A DNA stretch of 64,000 nucleotides from Lama guanicoe (Eukaryota): contig MU054001.1 of assembly GCA_013239625.1 (NCBI GenBank), positions 1,429,884-1,493,883 on the forward strand, read 5' to 3'. Below the pieces are notes generated by a model, which saw only the letters and a program-made list of their open reading frames with translations, made no database searches and had not been told where the DNA came from. Below are positions 1-14,599 of the stretch, piece after piece (the stretch's first letter is position 1; the number at the start of each line of letters is the position of its first letter). The position numbers and the translations under genes were made by a program.

Positions 1-1254
1 CAAATGGCATAAGCCAGAGAACATCTGGGTAACACTCCTGAAGGACTCCATCCCACAGAAAGAAAGGTTAGCCAAGGAGCTCTACCATTTAGCACTACTT
101 TCTTTGACTGGCTGTGATGAACAAGGAGTCAGGCTGGCTGCTGACACGGAGCACACTCCTTAGCCCCTAGGGAGTGAGTGGTCCGAAGAAATGAAGAATA
201 TGGAAGTTTGAAGGAAAAAAAATTGTCCTAATCAGTCTCAGCTCAGAATCTATAACAAGAAGCTGATCTTAGATGCCTTGAAATAAGCCATTCAGGACAA
301 ATGTAGTCCCCTGACACAGACAAATTATACAATTAATTGTAAGTCTTCTGGGATTTCAGGGGAAATATTGAAAACTCTTTACTGAAAAAAAAATCTAAAG
401 CCTTTCAACATGATGTCTGGCTCTGTCAGCTTTCAGATTAAGCATTTGAAAAAAAAATGTTTTAAGATATAAATACTCACATCCATAGGAGAACCTCATT
501 ATATCATGTTTCATGGACTTGGGGGAAAAAAGGAAAAGTGAGAAAGGGAGAGAAAAACTGCTCTGGGGGCTCTTGGCTACAGCTTCAAGACCACGACATT
601 ATCTGAAATAAAATATGAAATGAGGAGACGAAGCAGAGATGCTCCTAGAATAAGACATTCTCCAAACCAGAGTGTTGAACAAGAGAGGCTGCAATTCTGT
701 GGGCAACCTCAGGAAAATACAGAGAGAGCCATGGAGACTTACAGGAAACCCTGATGTTGTAAATAGCACAGACGACCAGAACCAAACTGGATTAATTAAA
801 AGAGAATAATTATTTCACATAGCTTTAGGCAAAGCTTTATCCAAGGTTCAAGATACACGTCCAAGACCTAGTTTCTCTCCTTCTCAAAGCTCCTGAAAAA
901 GAAAGAGGGCAGTCACAAATGCTGGATGCAATCACTTCAGGGCCATGAGAAGTCCGTCCGCCTCAAGAGAAGAAAGCTCAAAGGAGACAAATGTGGAGGG
1001 GAAGAAGTTGGAAACTGACCGCACTATTATTGTCAAAACAAGGTTCACTTGAAGTCAGTGAGACTGGTCCTACAGTGGCCATAATATAGTTGAACAGCAC
1101 AAACTACTCAAGAATAAAAGATATCTACTGATTTGGGGCAAAAAAAAAAAAACTTACTGATTTTGCATTATACGCAGAAAGAAGGGTCAAGACACAAACC
1201 ATGACATCAAAGAGCTTACAATTCTAATTCAAATATGTGCAAAACTATTGTATG

Positions 1255-1420
1255 GCCTTAGAAGTCAAAACAGTGGTTACTGTTGGGGGGAAGAATACAC
1301 TGGAAGGGAATATTTCTGGAGTACTAAGATGTTTTATTTATTGATCTGGGTGCTAGTTACACAGATACGTTCACTCTGTGACAATTTACCAAACTATGTG
1401 TTTATGATATTTGTAATATT
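1255..1420 (+). mobile_element. Old L1 (L1ME-like) 3' UTR fragment
   Basis: gaagtcaaaacagtggttac...ttgatctgggtgctagttacacag...gttcactctgtga resembles L1ME 3' ends. Confidence 0.6.
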
Positions 1421-1424
1421 TCAA

Positions 1425-2035
1425 TAATTCAAAATAAAAACTTCAATAGATTGGTTGGAAGATAAAGTTAAGGACATCTCCGACAGTATATTTTTTAAAG
1501 TACAAAAACATTTTTAGAATAAGAGAATAAATAAGAAAACTAGAGGAACAGTCCAGAAGGTTCAAAGATCAAACCAAATGAATTCTAGAGAGAAAACTGG
1601 AAAGGAAGAAATAATTAACAAAGTAATTCACGAAAATATCCCTCATTGAAGGATGTGGGTTTCCAGATTGAAAGGACCTACTAAATGCTACTGTAAAATT
1701 ATAAATATCACTGTAAAATTATAAAACACTAGGGAAAATTCTATCAAAAAAGTCACATAAAGGATAAACAAAAAAACAACTCTCAACATGACCACTAGGA
1801 GATGAAAGACAGCGGTACAATGCCCTCCAAATCCTGAAGGAAAATTATTTCCTGCCAAGATTTCCATACCAAAAGTATCTATACATGTCCATGTAGAATA
1901 AAGACAATTTAAGACATTCAAGGTCTCAAAAATTTACCTTCTAACTGTTAAAGGAAACACTCCATCAAAATAAAGAAACAAATCAGGAAAGAGAAAGACA
2001 GGTGATGCAGGAATCCAAAACTCCAACACAGGAGA
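1425..2035 (+). mobile_element. HAL1 (half-L1) ORF remnant
   Basis: tttccagattgaaaggacc, tccaaatcctgaaggaaaattatttcc, gtagaataaagac...caaggtctcaaaaatttacc and ccaacacaggag match recalled HAL1. Confidence 0.7.
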
Positions 2036-2489
2036 CTGGATTACAATGAAGGGCTTGATATCATGAGATGGGCGATCTGGGCTGATCTTTACTGATGAGC
2101 CACCTCAAACTTCCCAACCCATCCTTTATAAATTTGTAGACTTTAAATATGTGCAGTTTACTATATGTAAATTACACCTCAATAAAGTTATGGAGAGAGG
2201 GGAAAGAATTCAGCCATGCTCGTTGGGCTAGGCTTCTCTTGACAATGGGGAGATGTCACTGCGGGCCTTCTTTTCTCATGGGCACTGACACTGCCACTCT
2301 TTTCTGGTGAAAAGACATGGGACTCTATATACACATCACCTCTGCCTCTTCTAACCAGCCCAGCATCCCCGGTCCGGATCACTCCAGCAGCCTCCTGTCG
2401 CTCTCCTGCTTCCAATGCTGCCTCCCTTCTACCCAAACTGCAGCGGCGCCCCCTCTCACTCCAGGTACAAGCCCAGTACTTTGCAATGA

Positions 2490-3311
2490 CAGTGGCCCCC
2501 ACCCCCGATCTACTGTTTCGCTTTCTGAGGTTTCAGTTACCCGCACTTTGAAAATATTACATGGAAAATTCCAGAAATAAACCATCCCTCAGTTTTAAAC
2601 TGTGCACCTTTTTGAGCAGCATGATGAAATTTTGCCCCATTTTGCTCTGGTCCCACCTAGGAGTTAACGCATCCCTTTGCCCACTGTCAGCCAGTAGTCA
2701 CTTAGTAGCCCTCTGGTTTCCACATCGACTGTACTGGTGTTCAAGGAACCCTAAATTTACTTAGTTATGGCCCCAGAGCACAAGCGTAGTGATGCTGGCA
2801 ATTCAGATCTGCCAAAGAGAAGCCACCGGAAAGTACTTCCTTTAAGTGAAGAGGTGAAAGTTTTTGACTCAAAATGGAAAGAAAAAGAATCGTACGCGGA
2901 GGCGCCTAACATCTATGGCAAGGACGAATCTTCTCTCCGTGAAATTGTGAAGAACGAGAAAGAAATTCATGCTAGTTTTGCTGTCACACCCTCAAACTGC
3001 AAAAGTGACAGCAAAAGTGCATGTTAAGTGCTGAGTTAAGACAGACAAGGCATTAAATCTGTACAAGGAGATATTCTGAGAGAGACCACATCCACATAAC
3101 TTTATTACTAGAGTATATTGTTATACCTGTTCTATTTTATTATTAGTTATTGTTGTTAATCTCTTACTGTGCCTAACTGATAAATACAACTTTATCATAG
3201 GTATGGCTTGCACAGGAAAAGGTCTCTATAGGATTTGGAACTATCTGTGGTTTCAGGCATCTATGAGGGGGTCTTGGAACCCAGCCCCTATAGATAAGGG
3301 GGGGACGAATG
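2490..3311 (+). mobile_element. MER44/Tigger7-family non-autonomous DNA transposon with transposase 5' remnant
   Basis: Degenerate TIRs CAGTGGCCCCC at 2490 and GATAAGGGGGGGACGAATG ending 3311. Internal gagagagaccacatccacataacttttattac. ORF 2767-3027 resembles the Tigger transposase N-terminal HTH. Confidence 0.85.
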
Positions 3312-3394
3312 CACAATATTAGAAGGCTTATCTTCTGCCACGCCCCACCACTCATCTCTCCTGTGTGTCCTCACAGGACTTTTCCTCTTCTCTT

Positions 3395-3735
3395 ACTCTA
3401 TTCCATCCACTCTCGTGGCTTCTGAAACATCCCAACAACCTGTTCTGCCTCCGGGCCTTCGATTTTCCCTCTACCTAGACTGCTCTCTCCTGGCGCCCAC
3501 CTGCTCCTCCCAGTCTGGAATCAAACGTTACCACCTACAGGAAGCCTGGCTTTCCTATTTAAAACTGTAAGCCTGTGCCTCACCCTCGTTATACAATCTG
3601 AATTGTTTCCTTCCTGTCTCTCCTTGCTAAAACAGAAGCTCCGTGAGGGCAGGGGGTTTTGCTCATTGTTACAAGCTCAGCATGTAGAAGAGTGCCTGGT
3701 AAACAGTGAATGCTTAGTATTAACTGAGTAATTGC
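3395..3735 (+). mobile_element. L2 3' fragment
   Basis: aagctccgtgagggcagggg...agagtgcctggtaaacagtgaatgctt is an L2 3' end. Confidence 0.65.
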
Positions 3736-4839
3736 ATGGGGGGGTTAAAAAAAGTGACTTATAAGATCAAACAAATTTTACTAAGCAGTACAAGTGACTT
3801 CAAAAATAGCTTCAAAAGATGAGGCCTGACACACTGAAACAAACGCGATCAAATGAGCTTTGAGACCTTAGACAGGTATGCTGGGAGGCTAAGGAAAACA
3901 TTAAAAAGCATTTTTTTTAATTATGAATGCTCCAGAAGTCCTAGCTGCAATTACAATCAAGCTTTTCACGGTATTAAAGACAGCTAAGAAATAAAAAGCT
4001 ACTCATTTCGAAATACGGAGTTAAGAATCATGGGAACAAATTTCCATCCTTCAGTGGAGTTAACTGTTCTGGAGTCAGAGATGCACATGGGAACCCTAGA
4101 GTTCCAAGAAAACTCCTGCAAAGCACTGCTTTCTAGCCTATCACATGCTCAACAGGAGCCATGGGCCTCTTCTTCCTTTTCCTCCTTTGCCCTTCATGGA
4201 AAACCTGGGAAATTATACCAAGAATCTGCAATACTTGCACTAGTTAAAATTCCTAAGAATTGTTTTTTTCTATAAAGACAATGTCATAGAAAATATTTCC
4301 TTCCCTACAAACAAAAATGGTCATCGTAGTTACTGTTTAGGTGATGCTCTTGAAGGTGTTCCAATCAGAGAACAAGGTGTAGGACTATATTAAACCTGGG
4401 GTTGTTAATGCCTTCTCTACTGAATTTGTTTTTCTAGGAGGAACAAGCAATTGCAAACAAAGCTAGACTAGGAAAATCAAATACTCTGCCTATTTACACA
4501 TAGTCCCCTAAGCCATTTCTGATTAAAAACTGCACCACTTCAATCTTCCTACTGGAGATATCTGTTAACTAGCCCTGCTTGGAAAGCCAATGAATTTAGT
4601 GTATAATTATATGTATCCTACACAAATTACTTCTCAATGACCTCTACTCTCGGAAGTAAACCAACAAGGGATGATTGGTTCATTATAAACTGACATGAAG
4701 ATTTCACTGGGAAAAGGTACTGAGAGCAAAGTCCTGAAAGATCTTAACTTCAACTGAATTTAACATCAGCAGGAAGTAATCACTTTTGTTTCTGAGCACC
4801 CAACCCATTTTACATGAACATCTTCTGTGGCTGTAACAC

Positions 4840-4970
4840 TCTCTTGTCACTAAGTAACCATGTGACCTTCGACAAGTCACTTCCATTCTCCCTGCCTTCA
4901 TGTTTGTGTCTATAAAATGAGAGGCTTGAACTAGGTGATTTCAAAAGTCCCTCCCAGATCTGACAATTCA
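4840..4970 (+). mobile_element. MIR/MIR3 SINE fragment
   Basis: tgtgaccttcgacaagtcacttcc...ctataaaatgag...aactaggtgatttcaaaagtccctcccag. Confidence 0.7.
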
Positions 4971-5624
4971 TCATTTTATAATTATAATCACTAGAGTACA
5001 CTTCACTTCACTATCCTTTTAAGGCAGGAAGGGCATTTGATTTACCTTTGGAGTCTCCATACTGTCCAGAAAAGCTTCTTGAACCTCCCTTAGCAACTGT
5101 TCAACAGACATGTTCAAGGATGCAGAAGACAGTACAATTGTCTGAAATGTCCACTCTTTGTGCCCTTTTTAGGCCCTTCCCAATCCCAAACATGATTTCA
5201 ACCCAAATGGTCCCCTTCAAGTCCATCCTTACCATACCACTGGCAGGACTATAAAGAGGCCAGGGAGACAAACGTTATCACTTATCACCTGGAAGAAATG
5301 CACAAACCAAAAAGGCTCAAGGCACTTCCTTTGTAAACTATCTGGCCCAATATCACACACACTGCCAGAAACCTGGAGACAGGCTCCCTTTTCTAGAATA
5401 AGCTAGTCGAATGCATCGTGATCATCTGAGAGGATGTACAGAATGTGACAGCAGATGTGGGGAGAGAGCAGTGAGGTGGTGGGGAGAATGGGGGGGGGGG
5501 GATCAGGACCTGCAAACAAGAGCAAGGAGGACATTCCCTTAACCTTTCCAGAGGGGGGACATTTTAAAAACCAAAATCCCAAGGAGCTGTACTGCATGGG
5601 GAGCAAACATCTGCTCAAGAGGCA

Positions 5625-5865
5625 TTTAGCCTTAGCTGTTAGGACACGGAAGCCAGAATGTTTGGGCTCAAATCCTAGCTCTGTTAACTCACAGCTATAT
5701 AACCGTGGAAAGGTTCATCATCCTTCTCTGTCTCAGTTTCCTGATCTGTAAGATGAGGATAACAGTAGTACTTCGTTCCTAGGGTTGTCGCAAAAAAATA
5801 AAACGGGTTCATACGTGTAAAATGTTTCTCCCAGTGCCTGGCATATAGTAGGTGCTCAAAAATTA
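5625..5865 (+). mobile_element. MIR SINE
   Basis: gggctcaaatcctagctctg, tctcagtttcctgatctgtaagatgaggataa, cagtgcctggcatatagtaggtgctcaa. Confidence 0.8.
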
Positions 5866-7392
5866 AGAGCTCCCTGTTCTGCTATTCTTATTTGAGAGAG
5901 TTCTGGGAGTCTCAGGGGTTAACAGAGCAAAGGCATTACACTGCTCTTACAGATAGATTCAAATGCTACAGTTCCCTTGTCTCAGTGATAATGGCGAGGC
6001 TAAACCTTTATATATTTATGTACATTTGTATGCTTTATCAACTTTAACCACTCCCAACCACAGAAACTATCCCTGAAAATTTTTAATTCCTTTTTGCAAG
6101 ATAGTCTAGGTTTCAAAAACGACTTGATCACCCACGCTCTGGGAGTACAATAGGACTATTAAAGCGAAGGGCTGAGAGTCTGTGGGAGTACAAAGACATC
6201 TTTGTAGCCGCTGAGCTATCACATACCACTGCCTCGGTTTCAGAGAGGTGCCTCCCGAAGGAAGGAGCTAACAAACTCCATTGTTCGTTCACATCGGAGT
6301 TCTTGGACGTGAAAGTTCCTAAATCCCTGGCAAGACCTTACTGCAGATCAGAGGATTGCGGTTCTTTCCATTAGGGCAGCATCGAATGCCCTTCAAGCAA
6401 TTTTCTTAGGGCAGCATAACTATTTGAGATGCCAGGGAAACTGGTGAAATTTCCAACCGCTAAACTAGTTCCTTGTCTCCGGCCGAAGACATAGGTGAAG
6501 CTGGAAAACATTTCAGCTATCCTGGGGACATTTCTTAGGCTAGGAAATGGTAAGATACCTAGAGCGAGCCACAAGAGTTTCTTTTTTAAATCTCTTTCCC
6601 AAAACACACATTTTTAGTAAATAAGAATCAAATAACAACAAAAGTCTGATTGAAAAACTAGCTTTCGGAAAATGATGACCCTTCAAAGTTCCAGCTGGTT
6701 CCCTGATGGGATATCTAGAGCTCTGGTTTTCTGAGCATCTTTCAGTAAACAAGAAGAGATAAACAGGCAAAAGAGCTAATACTATGTCTTATATTTTTGC
6801 TAAATGATCAGGCAGAGAAAGTCAGCAATACAGCCACCTACGTTTTTTATAACCCTGTTCAGAAAAGCAACGGGGACCCTAAACACACAGAACCTGAACA
6901 ACCGAAGAAGGAAAATTTGGCTAAAAAAGGTGGCCTATGGTCTCTGTTCTAGGGGCATCAGATTTCAGAAACCGCGAGAACAAGTTGGCCACAGCAAACC
7001 CTCTCAGGTATAAAACTGCACAACTGATGGGGGGACTGGAGAGTTTCCTAAAAATAGAGGGCTGTCAGCTTATAAAACCCACCTCAGCTACTTTTGGTGA
7101 GGAAGGACAGTAGTCAGAACTGTGGGAAGCCAAGAACAATCTCATATTTGACAAATCAGTCCCTTCAAGACAGTGATGTCAAATGTAATAAAATATTTTG
7201 GCAAGACTGGAAATGTGCACCTGTGGGAACCTGGGAAGACTTGACAGATTTTTGTTTTTCCCAGCCCTTTATCAGCAAGTTAATTATAGCAATTGTACGA
7301 CCTATTCTGAGCTTTAGAGAAAGGCAGTTGGCTGTATGAAGCCAAGATGCTGCTCTCCTGAGCATGGGAGAGACACATGACAGCAGTGCTTA

Positions 7393-8250
<858 letters not shown>

Positions 8251-8604
8251 CTAAAACAAAACCAAAACAGAAGCATGCATTTATGGAGAGCTATCATTTT
8301 ATTGTTTCCAAAAGTGTGTTTCTTCGTAAACTTTAGGAGGAAAAAAAGAAAAAAGACTGTCGGGGTATTTCTAAACAGGATTCATACCTCTCTAGCCTAA
8401 AATAGAAAAGTAAATAAAACAAATGTCATCGAGTCTCCAGTCAAGAGTGTCAAGTCCAAGCTCAAACAATTACAGACAATCATTATAAACAAAAGAATAA
8501 TTTGGGCTTTGGTCTCCCAGGCTCCCTCTACAACCACCTCTCCTCAGCCTCAATCTGTCTTCTAGTCTTTGGCCCTCCAGAAAACACAACCTTGACATCT
8601 ATTT

Positions 8605-8860
8605 TTTTAAGTGCTTACTAAGTGCTGTGTACTATTCTTAATGATCTATACACACTAACTCATTTACTTCTTGCAATTTTATGTGGTGGTGCTATTATTT
8701 TCTCTAGTTCATAGATAAGAATCCTGAGGCAGAGAGACGTTCTAAAAACTTGCCCAAAGTCATACACAGCTGATAAGTATCAGAACTGGAATTTGAAACC
8801 ATGGGGCTCCACAGTCGGGCTGTAGAGCATGAGTTCTTAACCACGAGATTACACAGCCTC
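8605..8860 (-). mobile_element. MIR SINE
   Basis: tgaggcagagagacgtt...aacttgcccaaagtcatacacagctgataagtatcagaactggaatttgaaacc. Confidence 0.8.
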
Positions 8861-9589
8861 TCGATTAATGAGAAATCACGTCTCTTTGTGAGTTAGACAC
8901 GGAGTCCCGTGAACACAAGCCATGACAATTTTGTTCACAACTGTAATACTAGTGCCCTCAGTAAATGCTGAATGAATGAGTGAATGAACGAATGAGGTAT
9001 CCCACTGCAATTTACAAAGCTGTAATAATTCTACTGGTGTCCCTGGGGAAGGAGAACTATAAGATAACACCCTCCTCTACTATGGAAATGCATGGATTTA
9101 CTGATGCAGTTTAGGAGTTCAGACCTTTTCAGCCACCATGTCTGGCTCTGACAGATGAACTGGCATCAAGCCAGAGTTCCCTGATTCTACACAGTGAAAC
9201 TGACTTTTTTAAAAAACCAAAGCACAGAATTTTACATTTACCCCTATAAAATGTAATCTGGTTGGCTCCTTCTAGTCTTGTGCTGCCTATGATCTTTGAC
9301 ATTTTTCTACTTTATCTTCATTCAATATTTACCATTTATATGATAAACAGGGCAAGACCACTTATTCCACTATCCTTTTTTTTTTCATTTTTTTTCATTC
9401 AACATACAGAGCCTGGGAGGTCCAGGTGAGGGATCTGGATGTGACTGTGAAGTGCAGAGGAGGACTTCAAGGGTAGAAAAGCAATTTGATTGACATTATA
9501 TAAGAATCACTCTAAGTGAAAATATTGGGCATGGATTGGAAAGAGGCAAATGTCCAATGGAAAATCTTGGTGTGTGCTATTACCACCAT

Positions 9590-10310
9590 CCAGGAGAGAA
9601 GTGATGATGGTCTGAATGAGAGACAGAGATAAACGGACAGATGAAATACATATTTTATAGGCAGACCCAAAGGACATGCTAGGGATCAGATGTGAGGGAT
9701 GAAGAAAGGAAAAACGTTCCAGATTTCTGGACTTAATGACCAAATGAAAAATTTACTATTAAAATTTTCTTTTCATTTGTTTGTTTTTGTTTGTGGGGGT
9801 AATTAGGGTTAATTATTTATTTTTTTAATGGAAGGACTGGGGATTGGACCCAGGACCCTGTCACTCTAAGCATGTGCTCTAACACTAAGCTATGCCATGC
9901 TACCCCTATTTTTTTAAATAAGAAAGACTAGGACAAAACAAAACATGTAGAAGAAGAGAAAGGAATAAGGAGCTCCATTTTGAAGCTGGAGCCATGAAGA
10001 TGGCAATGAAATTCTCATGTGGAAATAGTAAGGGGGAAACTGGACAGACACACCTGGCACTCAGAGGAGACAATGGGGCGAGGAAAATCAAGGTGGGAGT
10101 TGTCAGCACCCATCTGTTTTTTAAAGACCTGGAAAGGAATGAGATCTCCTAGGGGAACAGTACAAACACAGAAGGAAGCCCAAAGCCATTTCCTGAGTCA
10201 CAGAGGAAGAAGGCTCAGCAAAGAAGATCTTTGAGATGGAAAATCAGGAGAGTGTAGTAATGCAGAGGCCAAAAGAGAGGAAGGTTTCAGGAAGGATAGA
10301 AGAGTCCTCC
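9590..10310 (-). mobile_element. L2 fragments interrupted by a SINE
   Basis: Purine-rich L2 antisense motifs (ccaggagagaagtgatgatggtctgaa; aatcaggagagtgtagtaatgcagaggccaaaagagagg). Confidence 0.55.
9775..9906 (-). mobile_element. vic-1-type tRNA-derived camelid SINE
   Basis: Reverse complement resembles the 59098 copy: gggggtaattagggtt...ggactggggattggacccaggacc...ctaagcatgtgctctaacactaagctat. Confidence 0.8.
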
Positions 10311-10529
10311 TAAATGTTTAGCAACTGGCTCTCTGAGGGAAAAAAAAAATCAGTCTTGATTTTTAGTGTTTTCCTGATTTCTGTGATGTAAATGTATATT
10401 TATATCAATAGAAAAATTCACACATAAATTAATAGAGAAGGCTCTCAATTAAATACAGAAAAAATTTAACTGCACCAAGTCAGAAAAAATACAGATTAAC
10501 ATTATATTTGTATTATATTATACTTAGTT

Positions 10530-11165
10530 TAACCTATCCCACTTGCAAAGAATAAAATTTGATCATAGTAATACACATTGTTGGTAAAAGGAAAATCAAA
10601 TATTCTGATAGTCTGCAATTAGGAATGCAAATTATTACAAGCTTGCTTAAGGCCAACTGGACAAAATCTATCATGTTCATTTCTTTTCATCTAGTTATTC
10701 TACTTCTAAGAATTTGTCATAGGGAAATAAGTAGAGAAATGTAACAAGACTATAAGGATATTCATCATACTGTTATTTACAATAATTAAAAACTGAAAAC
10801 TACCAACATGCCCAATAGAGATAAGAGGGGAAAATGGCACATTCATGTGATGACATACTAAAGTAACACACTTCAGAAGTATTTTTATATTGTTTTATTA
10901 AAAACGTTAAGTAACAAACTAGTGGTATATAAGAAACCAGTAATACGATGTTTAGACAATTGGATTGTAGTTTCATTTAAAAAAAAAAAGTATACATGTA
11001 AATATTCACAGAAAAGAAGATTTGGAAACAAAAATATAGCCAAGAGTTTATGGCAGCTGTTTCTCGGTAATAAACTTGGGTGTAATTTTAATTTTCTTCT
11101 TTAGACATCTGTATGTTTTTGAAATTTCCCAAAATAAATGTAAAATACTTTTTAAATCAGAAAAA
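10530..11165 (+). mobile_element. Old L1 (L1ME-like) 3' region
   Basis: ttctacttctaagaatttgtcatagggaaataa...aaggatattcatcatactgttatttacaataa...aactaccaacatgcccaa. Confidence 0.6.
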
Positions 11166-11807
11166 AAAGGTTACATTCAAAAACTCTTAATTTAACAATA
11201 TTTCTTTTATGTGCCAGGAGATTATTTTTGATGACCCTAAATTTTCAAAAATTTTCAAGATAACTTCTGGTATTGTTTAAATATGACTTGGAATGTTCCT
11301 AAGTGCTCTAGAAATTTTTGATCTTACCACAATAATTGGCTAATTTTATCATTTTCTCCAAAAATTTCCAGAGAGAAAAATCCCCAAACCTAGGTTCCCT
11401 CTCTTATTATGTATAAAATAATCAGATTAGTACCTGACATATAAAAGTGCCAGAGAGTGTTTGTTAAAATTTTCTTTAAAGACAACAACAAGGAACTCTG
11501 GGAAAGAAATGAATATTAAATAATTTAATATTAATTCATTTGATCAAACAAATAGGTTCACTTTCCATTTTGGATGGGTACGTGTAGAACATCAGACATC
11601 ACACAATAATTTGGAACAGCTGTTGGCACACTTTCAAATATGTTAGAATTTTTGTTTTGTTTTGTTTAATCTTATAAAAGTTTTCCAGGGAATATGCAGT
11701 CGTGCAATTATATCAGTAGTTGTCTGGTCCCATAATGTGGTTCTCAAGATCTATAAAACATTCTATGACATAAATGACAATAAGTTTAATAAGTATTTGG
11801 GAAAGTA

Positions 11808-12110
11808 TTTTTTATTGAAGTATATAGTTGATTTACCATGTTGTGTTAGTTTCAGGTGTACAGCAAAGTGATTTGGTTATTCATATATATATATTCTTTT
11901 TCAGATTCTTTCCCATAATATGTTATTACAAGATATTGAATATAGTTCCCTGTGCTATTACATAGTAGGTCCTTATTGTTTATCTATTTTATATACTGTA
12001 GTGTGTATCTGTTCATCCCAAACTTCTAATTTATTACATTTCCAACCTTTTTCCCTTTGGTAACTATAAGTTTGTTTTCTATGTCTATGAGTTTATTTCT
12101 CTTTTGTAAA
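11808..12110 (-). mobile_element. Cetartiodactyl-type L1 3' end
   Basis: tttttattgaagtatatagttgatttac...tttcaggtgtacagcaaagtgatt...gaatatagttccctgtgctat...tttggtaactataagtttgttttctatgtc. Confidence 0.8.
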
Positions 12111-12299
12111 TTGCAAAGGTATTTTAGATATAAATTGCCAATATGCAGGCCTTTATCAATGGCTGAAAGATATGGAATGTTAGGTTCCCTGAAAAATAAG
12201 CTTTATTTTCTACCTATTTTAAACTATTGTATATAAATTTTACCTCTTCCTCTTATATATCAAGGGATGGTTCTGAAAGAATTTCATCACACAGAGGAG

Positions 12300-12452
12300 G
12301 TCTGTTAATCCCAAACTCCTAATTTATCCATCCCTTTCTTTTAGAATCATAGTTTGTTTTCTGTATCTGTGAATCTGTCTCTGGTTTGTAAATAAAATTT
12401 GTATATTTTTTTAGATCCCACATATAAGTGGTATCATATGATATTTATCTTT
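12300..12452 (-). mobile_element. Second cetartiodactyl-type L1 3' UTR fragment
   Basis: tctgttaatcccaaactcctaatttatcc...tagatcccacatataagtggtatcatatgatattt; partly overlaps the consensus region of the previous fragment. Confidence 0.7.
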
Positions 12453-12749
12453 TTAATTGGGCTGTTAATAGATTTTGCAGGTTAACACTTTATATTTTGC
12501 ACACTGTAGAAATTCACACTATGTCAGTCCTAATATTTTCTATATAATTTTCATTGTAAATTGCTCATGACTTGGCAGCCATCCAAGACAAATGGGCGAG
12601 ACACTTATTTGGCCCAGCCTCCAGCTGCAAGATGCTAAGCTGACTCCAAAGGAGGCAGGCACTCTTCTAAAGTCACTGCCCAGGCCTTGCTGCAGCTACC
12701 ACAAGGAGTCTCATGATAACATGTGGCACAAGGTGACACAAAGTGTTTG

Positions 12750-13815
12750 TTCATTCATTCATTCAAAAGTTCATTTTTTGTTTATGTAAAATGCATTGAC
12801 TATCCATTTATACCAAACACTGTATGAAGTGTCATAAATATAAGGATAAAAACAAATTTTAGCATCTCATAGTTTAACAGTATAAACAGAAATAGGAAGC
12901 AAGAGTTTGAGATCTAAGACTTACCACAGTAGAAGTATGAATATACTTCCATGGGAGCAGGGAATCAATGATTAGGGAGGCAGTCTGGAAAATTCTCATT
13001 TCCTGAATACGTATTTACTGAGCACATGCTATTTGCAAAGCACTAGGTGCTGGGAATACAGTGAAAGCAAAACTTCTGTATGTTCTCTGAGAGCTCATAT
13101 TTATGTGTATAGTGTATAAAAATACAGTATATATAGCTCATTATATGTACATAGTATTTTACTTATTTACTGAGTAAAACATATAGTATTTTAGATTGTG
13201 ACCTGCGCTATGGAGAGAAACAAAGCCAGGTAAAGAGGATCAGAGTGCCAGGGGTGAATTTACACAGGACAGTCAGAGGAGGCCTCTGATAAGGTGACAT
13301 CTGAGCAGAGGAATGCAAGAAATGAGCCTACAAGCCCTACAGATACCTAGGGGAGGAAGAGAGTTCCAGGCTGAGGGAACATTAAGTGCAAAGGCCCTCG
13401 GGCCAGCGTGTGCCTGGTTTATTCCTGGAAGAGCACAAATGTCGGAGTGGGAGGAGAACGGGGCGGGGAGAAGCAGGAGAGGAGGCGAGAGAAGCAGGCA
13501 GGAGCCATGTCTTGCACCGCTTTGGCAGTGACCGTGAGCGTCCAGGCTTTTACTCTGAACAAGATGGGAAGCCAGCAAGGGGCTTGGAGCAAGAAAGTCT
13601 AAAAGAGCTGATGGCTGTTTAAAGACAAGCACTACCACCAACAGGGTGTTGAAGTGGACTGCAGGTGGGGGCAGGAGAAGGAGTTAGGAGGCTACCACAA
13701 CCATCTGAGAAAGAGACGGTGGGAGCTTTGGCCATGGTGTACATAGCAGAGGTAGGGAGAAGCTGTCAGATCGGAAACATTCTCTGAAAGTTAAACAAGC
13801 GGGATTTCCTGGTAT
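12750..13815 (-). mobile_element. L2 fragments
   Basis: ttcattcattcattcaa and tatttactgagcac tails; gtcagaggaggcctctgataaggtgacatctgagcagag; gttccaggctgagggaac...gtgcaaaggccct. Confidence 0.75.
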
Positions 13816-14599
13816 CTTCTCAGAAGAGATAGAATTTAAGCAAGGTCTTTAAGGGTGAGTAGATGCTCACCAGACAGAAGAGGGGATGGGGGCACTCTAG
13901 CCCCAGAGAAGAGGCACTAATGCATGAAAGGAGGAGAGGCCACAGCAGAGCCAAGAAACTCTGCATCACAGGAATCTGGGCCTGGACGTTGTGCTCAGCA
14001 GTGAGTAAAGACCAGACCAGAGCGGTAGTTTGGGGCCCATGTTGTCAGTGGTCTTGCCAGATACCCGGGGGAGTCTGAACTTTGCTCCAGAGGCAAGAGA
14101 GACCTAACGAAATGTATGAAGCTGGGAGTGACAAGTCTGGCAGATTTATAGGCACACGAGCCTGACGGAACTGGGGAGGCACGAGCAGCAGCGACCAGGA
14201 GGCTGCTGCAAGTGTGCTGGTGGGAGATGACAAATGGGGACCTGAACTAAGACCGTGTCAGCGGGACTGGAAAAGAGGAAACAACTTGAGAGGTTCTGAA
14301 GAGGTAGAAAAGCTGAGGCCCCACAAGTCCACAAGGGTCAGGAGCAACCCTGAGGACATCAAGGCTCTGGCTAGAAGAACAGGACAAGGGGGACCCACAG
14401 GGACAGGTCGCTAGAGAGGGAACGGAAGGCAGGATTCCCGGAAAAAGCCCATCATATCCTGTCATTGTTGTGCTCCAAACCCCCGCCTACCTTCTCATTT
14501 CACTCAGGGTCACAGCCAGCGTTCTCACTGCAGACCTCAAGCTGCCGCGGAATCGAGTTCCCGCTCTCCGCCCTCAGCTCGTACTCCCCCAGACACCTT

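Noticed and set aside
5473..5501. G-run (12 G) as a functional G-quadruplex
   Set aside because: A single homopolymer on the template strand with no other support; such runs are common and prone to assembly error.
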